Positions 45,131-51,003 of a stretch of 51,003 nucleotides of DNA are shown in pieces. Within the stretch, counting starts at the first letter, position 1. Every line of letters starts with the position of its first letter. The translations under genes and the position numbers were made by a program. Source of the stretch: Gaiella sp. (lineage in GTDB: Bacteria; Actinomycetota; Thermoleophilia; Gaiellales; Gaiellaceae); contig DASSBV010000036.1 in the NCBI GenBank assembly GCA_035698545.1, positions 1 through 51,003 on the forward strand. The letters run 5' to 3'. The notes beneath the pieces were generated by a model. The model was not told where the DNA came from, ran no database searches, and saw only the letters and a list, made by a program, of their open reading frames with translations.

Positions 45131-46557
45131 CTCTTCGCGGCAGCCTCCGCTTCCCTCTCCACCCCGAGCTCCGGCGCCGGCTCGTCCCGGGCGAGCACCC
45201 GCTCGAGCGCCTCGACGCAGCGGGGGTCGAACTCGAGACCGGCTCCCTGCCGTAGCAGCGCGAGCGCACGCGCTCGCGGCCACGCCTCGCGGTAGACCCG
45301 CGGCGAGATGAGCGCGTCGTAGACGTCGCAGACTGCGAGGATCTGCGCCTCGAGCGAGATCTCTCCGTCGGCGAGGCCGCGCGGGTAGCCCGAGCCGTCG
45401 AGCCGCTCATGGTGGTCGTTGACGAGCGCCAGGACGAGCGGGTCGAATCCGCCGAGCTCCTCCAGCAGCGCGACTCCGGCGGCCGCGTGCTGCTTCACCT
45501 CGGCGAACTCGTCGTCGGTCAGGGACGCCGGCTTGCGGAGCACGTCGTCGCGGACGGAGAGCTTCCCGATGTCGTGGAGGAGGCCGCCGGTCGCCATCGA
45601 CCGGAGCCGGCTCGGCGGGAGCCCGAGCTCGTCGCCGACCTCGACGGCGAGGAGGGCGACGCGGCGAGTGTGCTCCTCGGTTGACCCGTCCTTCACGGCG
45701 AGCGCGACGAGCAGCGCGCGGACCTGGGAGCCGAGGAACGCCTCCTCCGCCGCGACGAGGTCGACCGCGCGCAGATCGCCGACGAGCGGCCTGGACTGAT
45801 GGCTCGCGCCGCGCCGGAGATCCAGCGCCACCGGGATCCCTACGAGCGCCATGCCGAAGATCTCGAGGACATGGCCGAACCACCAACCGATGTTCTGGAA
45901 GCTGAAGACGAGTGACGCCACGAGCGCGGTGGCGAGCCAGGCGATGCCGACGACGACCACGAGGTCGAGGAACCGGTGCGTGAGGTGATATGTGCGCAGC
46001 GCGCGCACGACGAGCAGGGTGGTCGCCGCCAGTCCCGCCGCGAGCACGACGAGCGCGAGCGGGCTCCGCGGCTCGGGGACGGAAGGGACGAGGCCCGGCC
46101 AGTGGATCATCGAGATCCCGAGCGCGAGGATCGATGTCGCGCCGACGGCGAGGACAACGAGCAGCGGCCGCACGGCGTCGGGGCGGCGCAGGGCGGACAG
46201 GGTGCCGAGCGCGAGGATCGCGCACCCGACCGGAAGGGTCGCGCCGCCCGTGAACGCGACCACGCCGTTCGAGCCGACGAGGACGCCGGGCGTCGAAGCG
46301 CCGTGCAGGCACAGAAGCGCGGCCATGATCGAGAAGGCGAGCCCGGCGAGGACGGCACGTCCGTCGGAGGAGAGCGCGCCGAGGACGGTGAGCACGAGCG
46401 CCGCGCCCATCGCGATCGCGGCCGCGACACCCACGCCGACGAAGTGGATCCAGGCGTCGACCTGGATGTGATGGGCGCCGCCTGAGAGCATGGCGATCGC
46501 GGGCAGCACGGCCGCCGTCGCCATGAACATCAGCGCAGCCGAACGCCGAGCTGCCAC
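45091..46557 (-). CDS. Membrane-anchored HD-GYP domain phosphodiesterase
   Basis: About 8 TM segments followed by HTRRV, LHDIGK, HHERLDGSGYP and DVYDAL. Start is GTG46557 or ATG46530. Confidence 0.85.
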   Translation of the reverse strand: MAARRSAALMFMATAAVLPAIAMLSGGAHHIQVDAWIHFVGVGVAAAIAMGAALVLTVLGALSSDGRAVLAGLAFSIMAALLCLHGASTPGVLVGSNGVVAFTGGATLPVGCAILALGTLSALRRPDAVRPLLVVLAVGATSILALGISMIHWPGLVPSVPEPRSPLALVVLAAGLAATTLLVVRALRTYHLTHRFLDLVVVVGIAWLATALVASLVFSFQNIGWWFGHVLEIFGMALVGIPVALDLRRGASHQSRPLVGDLRAVDLVAAEEAFLGSQVRALLVALAVKDGSTEEHTRRVALLAVEVGDELGLPPSRLRSMATGGLLHDIGKLSVRDDVLRKPASLTDDEFAEVKQHAAAGVALLEELGGFDPLVLALVNDHHERLDGSGYPRGLADGEISLEAQILAVCDVYDALISPRVYREAWPRARALALLRQGAGLEFDPRCVEALERVLARDEPAPELGVEREAEAAAKSYAGASEAFLSAR

Positions 46558-46564
46558 CAGGGGG

Positions 46565-46592
46565 ATATCGGCAGCTTCGGCGCCCGGGTTGA
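46565..46592 (-). promoter_or_regulatory. Sigma28 (FliA/WhiG)-type promoter
   Basis: Minus strand TCAA-N16-GCCGATAT, 7 nt upstream of GTG46557. Confidence 0.55.
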
Positions 46593-46598
46593 GGAGAG

Positions 46599-46874
46599 CT
46601 AGGCGGCGGCGCCGAAGCGCTTCTCGGCACGTGCCCGGGCCTTTGCGGCCTCGACTTCGCGGTTCCGGGGCGGCGCGACGGTGACGAGCTCCGAGAGGAG
46701 CCGCAGCGACGAGGCGGTGACCTCCTCGACTGCTCGCTCGAACGCCGCCTCGTTCGCCTTCGAGGGCTTGGCCGAGCCGCTGAGCTTGCGGACGTACTGG
46801 AGCGCGGCGGCGCGGACCTCCTCGTCGCTGGCGGGCGGGTCGAAGTTGTGGAGCATCTTGATGTTCCTGCACAT
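46599..46874 (-). CDS. DUF2277 family protein
   Basis: MCRNIK.L.NFDPPA..EEVRAAALQYVRKLSG motif. Confidence 0.85.
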   Translation of the reverse strand: MCRNIKMLHNFDPPASDEEVRAAALQYVRKLSGSAKPSKANEAAFERAVEEVTASSLRLLSELVTVAPPRNREVEAAKARARAEKRFGAAA

Positions 46875-46928
46875 GCCTTCGAGCGTACCTGGGGAGAGTC
46901 GGCCTCTCCTGGGTCATAGAGTCAGCCC

Positions 46929-47405
46929 ATGACCGCGCGCCACGCTCTCCTCGCCGTTCTTCGCCGCCATCCGAGCGGCGTGGCGGTCGTGACCGTCGAG
47001 GCGAACGGGCAACGCGTCGGGCTGACCGTCGCGACGCTCACGTCGCTGTCGCTCGAGCCGCCGCTCGTGGGGATAGCGATCGCACGCGAGGCTGCGCTCC
47101 ACGAGCTGCTCCGCGAAGCCGGAGCGTTCGCCGTGTCGCTCCTGGCGGCCGACCAGGACCACCTCGCGGAGCATTTCGCCCGCGGCGTCCCGCCGATCGG
47201 GATGTGGAAGGGCGTCGCGGCGCGGGACGGGGAGCTCGGTGCGCCGCTCCTGGACGGCGCGCTCGGCTGGCTCGAGTGCCGTCTGGCCGACGAGGTCGCG
47301 ACCGGGACGCACACGTTCTTTGTCGGCGCCGTGGTAGTCGCGACCGAGGGCGAGGATGGCCCTCCGCTCCTGAGGCTCGGCGGCGAGCTCCGCCCGGTGC
47401 CCTAG
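46929..47405 (+). CDS. Flavin reductase family protein
   Basis: PSGVAVVT, SLSLEPPLV, FAVSLL and WLECR....TGTHTFFVG motifs. Confidence 0.85.
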   Translation: MTARHALLAVLRRHPSGVAVVTVEANGQRVGLTVATLTSLSLEPPLVGIAIAREAALHELLREAGAFAVSLLAADQDHLAEHFARGVPPIGMWKGVAARDGELGAPLLDGALGWLECRLADEVATGTHTFFVGAVVVATEGEDGPPLLRLGGELRPVP

Positions 47406-48874
47406 GCACCCCAACCGCCACCGCCGGGCGTCTCGGTGCGCACCACGTCGCCCGCGTCGAGCGAGCGCGTGTCCTTGCCGGGAATCTCCTCGCCGTTCAG
47501 GAGCGTGCGGCCGCGTGCGCCATCCGAGCCGCCGTGGGCGCCACGCGGCGCATGCCGTCTGCGGTCACCGAGGACGGAGAGCCTGCACGCCGCGAGCGCA
47601 CGGATCTCCCGCACGACGCCGTCGCCGCCGTGGTGGGCGCCCTCTCCGCCCGAGCCGAGCCGCAGCGCGTAGCGCTCGACGCGCAACGGGTAGGCGAGCT
47701 CGAGCGCCTCGACCGGGGTGTTGAGGGCGTTGGACATCGCGACGTGCACGGCCGACGGCCCGTCCGTGAGCGGCCCGGCGCCCTGGCCACCGCCGACGGT
47801 CTCGTAGTAGGTCCAGGCCTCGGTCCCGAACGTCGTCGAGCTCATCGTCCCTGCGCCCTGGGCGGGGACGTCGACCGCCTTGCCGAACGCCGCGAGCACG
47901 ACGTCCGTGATCCGGCTCGACGTCTCGGTGTTCCCGGCGACGACCGCAGCCGGCGACCGCGCGTTGACGAGCGACCCCTCGGGCGCGCGCACCGTGACCG
48001 GCTCGAACGCACCGCCCGAGGCCGGGATGTCGGGGTCGGTCAGCATCCGAACGACGAAGAAGCACGCCGAGCGCGTTACGGCGAGCGGGCAGTTGAGGTT
48101 CCCCCGGTGCTGCGGCGCGGTTCGGGCGAAGTCGATCTCGACCTCCTCGCCGGCGATCGTCACCGCGACCCGGATGGGGAGATCGTCGTCGACCGCCTCG
48201 AGCACGTCCTCCGCTTCGTAGCGGCCGTTGGGAAGCCTCGCGAGACCGGCCCGCACCCGGCGCTCCGCGTACGCGTACAGCTCGTCCATCGCGGCCTCCA
48301 CCCGCTCGCGGCCGCGGCGCTCGAGAAGCTCCCTCGTCCGTGACTCCGCGAGGCGGTTGGCGGCAAGCTGGGCACGCAGGTCGCCGCGCCGCTCGTCGGG
48401 GTTGCGCGAGCTCGTGGCAATCCACTCGACGAGCTCGTCGTCGAGCCGCGTGGGCGGGATCACGATGCCCTCCTCGGAGAGCTCGGTCGAGAACGCCGGC
48501 AGGCTGGCCGGCTCACTCCCGCCGACGTCCGCGTGGTGCGCCCGGCTGACCGCGTAGCCGAGCGCCGTGCGGGAGACGAGCGTGATATCGGGGAGATGCG
48601 TCCCGCCGGTGTACGGGTCGTTGAGTGCCCACACCTCCCCGGGAGCAGGGTCGCGGAGCATCACCGCTGCGACCGCCTCGGGCATCGCGCCGAGGTGCAC
48701 GGGGATGTGCTCCGCCTGGACGACCATGCGTCCCCGGTCGTCGAAGAGCGCCGTCGAGCAGTCGCGGCGCTCCTTGATGTTCGACGAGAACGCGGAGCGG
48801 ACGAGCACGGCGCCCATCTCCTCTGCGACCGCACGGAGCGCGCTGCCGATCACCTGGAGCTCGACGGGGATCAC
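47402..48874 (-). CDS. Hydantoinase B / 5-oxoprolinase family subunit
   Basis: AEEMG...SAFSSNIKERRDCS, HIPVHLG, NDPYTGGTHLPD, HHADVGG and TPGGGGWG motifs. Confidence 0.9.
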   Translation of the reverse strand: MIPVELQVIGSALRAVAEEMGAVLVRSAFSSNIKERRDCSTALFDDRGRMVVQAEHIPVHLGAMPEAVAAVMLRDPAPGEVWALNDPYTGGTHLPDITLVSRTALGYAVSRAHHADVGGSEPASLPAFSTELSEEGIVIPPTRLDDELVEWIATSSRNPDERRGDLRAQLAANRLAESRTRELLERRGRERVEAAMDELYAYAERRVRAGLARLPNGRYEAEDVLEAVDDDLPIRVAVTIAGEEVEIDFARTAPQHRGNLNCPLAVTRSACFFVVRMLTDPDIPASGGAFEPVTVRAPEGSLVNARSPAAVVAGNTETSSRITDVVLAAFGKAVDVPAQGAGTMSSTTFGTEAWTYYETVGGGQGAGPLTDGPSAVHVAMSNALNTPVEALELAYPLRVERYALRLGSGGEGAHHGGDGVVREIRALAACRLSVLGDRRRHAPRGAHGGSDGARGRTLLNGEEIPGKDTRSLDAGDVVRTETPGGGGWGA

Positions 48875-50627
48875 CGCTCACGCTCCAGGCTCAGCGTGCC
48901 GTGGCGGTCTGTCTCGCCCGCCCAGCCGTCCGGGACCCAGCACGTCGCGCCTTCGAGGACGACGAGCTCCGGCCCCGAGACGCGCCGGCGTTGTTCGGTC
49001 GCGCGAGGCTCGAGCGGCGGGGCCTCGCGGACGTCCGCGGTGCGGACGGTGACGAGCTCGACGACTCGGGCGCGGTCCGCGTAGCCGTAGCGCTCCTCGT
49101 GCGCACGATGGAAGCGCTCCTCGAGCTCCGGTCCGAGCGGGACGGTCAGCTCGAACGACTGGCCGCGGTAGCGAAGGCTTGCCTCTCCCACCTCGGGGAG
49201 ACTTCCCACGTCCTGGAGCGGCGCGACGTACGAGCGCACGTGGTCTCTCCGCTCGTCGCTCGCGACGAGCCCGACCGCAGAGAGCACGCCCGCGGCCGCC
49301 GGGACGAGCACACGCGTCGAGCCGAGCTCCTCGGCGACGGCACACGCGTGTAGCGGCCCGGCCCCGCCGAACGCGACGATCGCGGAGCCGCGCGGATCGT
49401 GGCCGCGCTCGACGGAGACGACGCGGAGCGCGCGCAGCATCTCCGCGTTCACCACGCGGACGACGTCGGCCGCGTCGAGGTCGCCGAGCGCCCATCTGGC
49501 GGCGTCCCGGTCGAGCTCGAGCCCACCCGGTAAGACGGCCGGGAGGCGGTCGAGGAGAGATTGGCGTCTGTCACAGTCGCCTGCGTCCCTCCGAGCCCGT
49601 AGCACGCTGGGCCGGGGCTCGCGCCGGCGCTGCGCGGGCCCACGCGGAGTGCGCCGCCGGAGTCGCGCCAGGCGATCGAGCCGCCGCCGGCACCGACCGT
49701 GTGGACGTCCACCATGGGGAGGCGCACGGGGAAGCCTGCGACTACCCGCTCGTCCGCCCGGCCGGCGCGCCCGCCGGCGAGGAGGCAGACGTCGGTCGAC
49801 GTGCCGCCCATGTCGAAGGCGATCGCATCGCCGACATCCGCGAGTGCGGCGATCCGCTCGGCGGCGACGACACCCGCGGCCGGCCCCGAGACCAGGATCA
49901 GAGCCGGGTGGGCGGCTGCCTCGTCGATCGTCGCGACACCGCCCGACGACCGCATCACCAGCGACTCGGGCAGGCCGGCGTCACGGGCAGCGCCGCCGAG
50001 CGCACGCAGGTAGCCGGCTACGGCGGGACCGAGATAGGCGTCGATCGCGGTCGTCGAGGCGCGCTCGTACTCGCGCAGCTCGGGTGCGATCTCGTGCGAG
50101 GCGACGACGTGCGTCTCCGGGTATCGCCGGCGCAGCTCGGCGGCCACTACCCGCTCGTGCGACGGATCCCGGAAGGCGAAGAGCAGGCAGACGGCGATCG
50201 CCTCGGCGTCGACGTCGGGCAGCGTCTCCAGCGCGAGCGGCGTGACGACACCGTCCGGCCCGATGCGCTCGTGCACGCCCAGGCAGCGCTCGAGCGGGAC
50301 GAGCGGCTCGGGATGGTCGACCTCGAGGCGATACAGATGCGCCCGGTTCTGGCGTCGCAGGTGCAGCAGGTGCTCGAAGCCCTGGGTCGTGACGAGGGCC
50401 GTGCGCGCGCCCGTACGCTCGAGCAGCGCGTTCGTAGCAACGGTCGTGCCGTGGGCGAAGCGCTCGACCCCCGGTTCACCCGCAACGTGAAGCACGAGCC
50501 GCGCCGACTCGACCACCGAGCCCTCCTGCTGCGCCCGGGTCGGCACCTTCGCGGTGTGGAGCTTCCCCTCCGCGAGCAGCACCGCGTCGGTGAACGTCCC
50601 GCCCACGTCGACGCCGAGGATCGCCAT
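48871..50627 (-). pseudogene. Hydantoinase A / 5-oxoprolinase family subunit, frameshifted
   Basis: ORF 49449..50627 carries GVDVGGTFTD, DMGGTSTD, GAGGGS and PGPACY..TVTDANL. ORF 48871..49605 continues LLDRLP...FGGAGPLHA...RYRGQSFEL. One base is missing near 49555-49560, which may be a sequencing error. Confidence 0.75.
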
Positions 50628-51001
50628 CAGCCCGTATTGCGCAGCGCGGCCGCGATCCCGGCGATCGAGCGGAGCAGCGGCCGCAGCGCCTCCGGATCGC
50701 CGGCTCGGTGCCGTCCGAGGAGCTCGACCTGGATCGCGTTCATCGGGTCGACATAGGGGTTCCGGAGCCGGATGGACTGCTGCAGCACGGGCTGGCGGTC
50801 GAGCAGCTCGCGCGCCTCAACGATGTCGAGCACCGCGGCGCGGGCGCGATCGTGCTCCTCGCGCAGGCCGCCGAACACCCGCGAGGCGAGGGCTTGGTCA
50901 GGCACGAGCTCGAGGTAGCGCTCCGCAATGCCCATGCTCGTCTTCGCGAGCGACATCTCGAGGTTCTCGACGAGCGCACGGAAGAACGGCCAGCCCGCGT
51001 A
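50627..51001 (-). CDS. ppc: Phosphoenolpyruvate carboxylase, C-terminal fragment (continues beyond the window)
   Basis: WPFFRALVENLEMSLAK, LRNPYVDPMN and the terminal GIAAALRNTG. Confidence 0.92.
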   Translation of the reverse strand, partial: YAGWPFFRALVENLEMSLAKTSMGIAERYLELVPDQALASRVFGGLREEHDRARAAVLDIVEARELLDRQPVLQQSIRLRNPYVDPMNAIQVELLGRHRAGDPEALRPLLRSIAGIAAALRNTG

Positions 51002-51003
51002 CA

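Noticed and set aside
49545-49565. Programmed ribosomal frameshift in hydantoinase A
   Set aside because: No slippery heptamer. A single-base loss in a CTC repeat is the simpler explanation.

Overview
Very high-GC bacterial chromosomal segment. It is most likely actinobacterial, probably Thermoleophilia/Gaiellales-like; this is an inference from gene order, a GAAC-N4-GTTC LexA box and pervasive leaderless TANNNT promoters. It is mostly core and metabolic genes. From left to right: the 5' part of a cobalamin riboswitch at the left edge; vanZ-like, HAD-like and PQQ sugar dehydrogenase genes; a ~9.7 kb K+/cation-transport cluster (trkA-trkH facing khtT/khtU-like genes, two more TrkA/RCK genes, and two tandem APC-permease-USP paralogs with a small membrane protein between them); a symmetric REP/MITE-like element; a K+-independent H+-pyrophosphatase; a gdhA-glutaredoxin-rex-GT4-ybdK run; an S8 protease; udg-tsaE-tsaB-rimI-tsaD; a panG-like-panC-panB operon with a structured 5' UTR; two tandem zinc-ribbon/class III cyclase/STAND ATPase/TPR genes; a vapBC-type TA pair; uvrA with an SOS box; a secreted hypothetical protein; an M32 carboxypeptidase; a membrane HD-GYP protein with a sigma28-like promoter; a frameshifted hydantoinase/oxoprolinase A plus B; and the 3' end of ppc. 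I saw no tRNA, rRNA, CRISPR array or transposase. The best candidates for something undescribed are the paired APC-USP + small membrane protein + RCK module, the symmetric intergenic element, the tandem cyclase-STAND pair, and the Rex/GT4/YbdK cluster. All calls come from motif reading by eye, with no database searches. Start codons were re-picked by hand where the ORF track over-extends.
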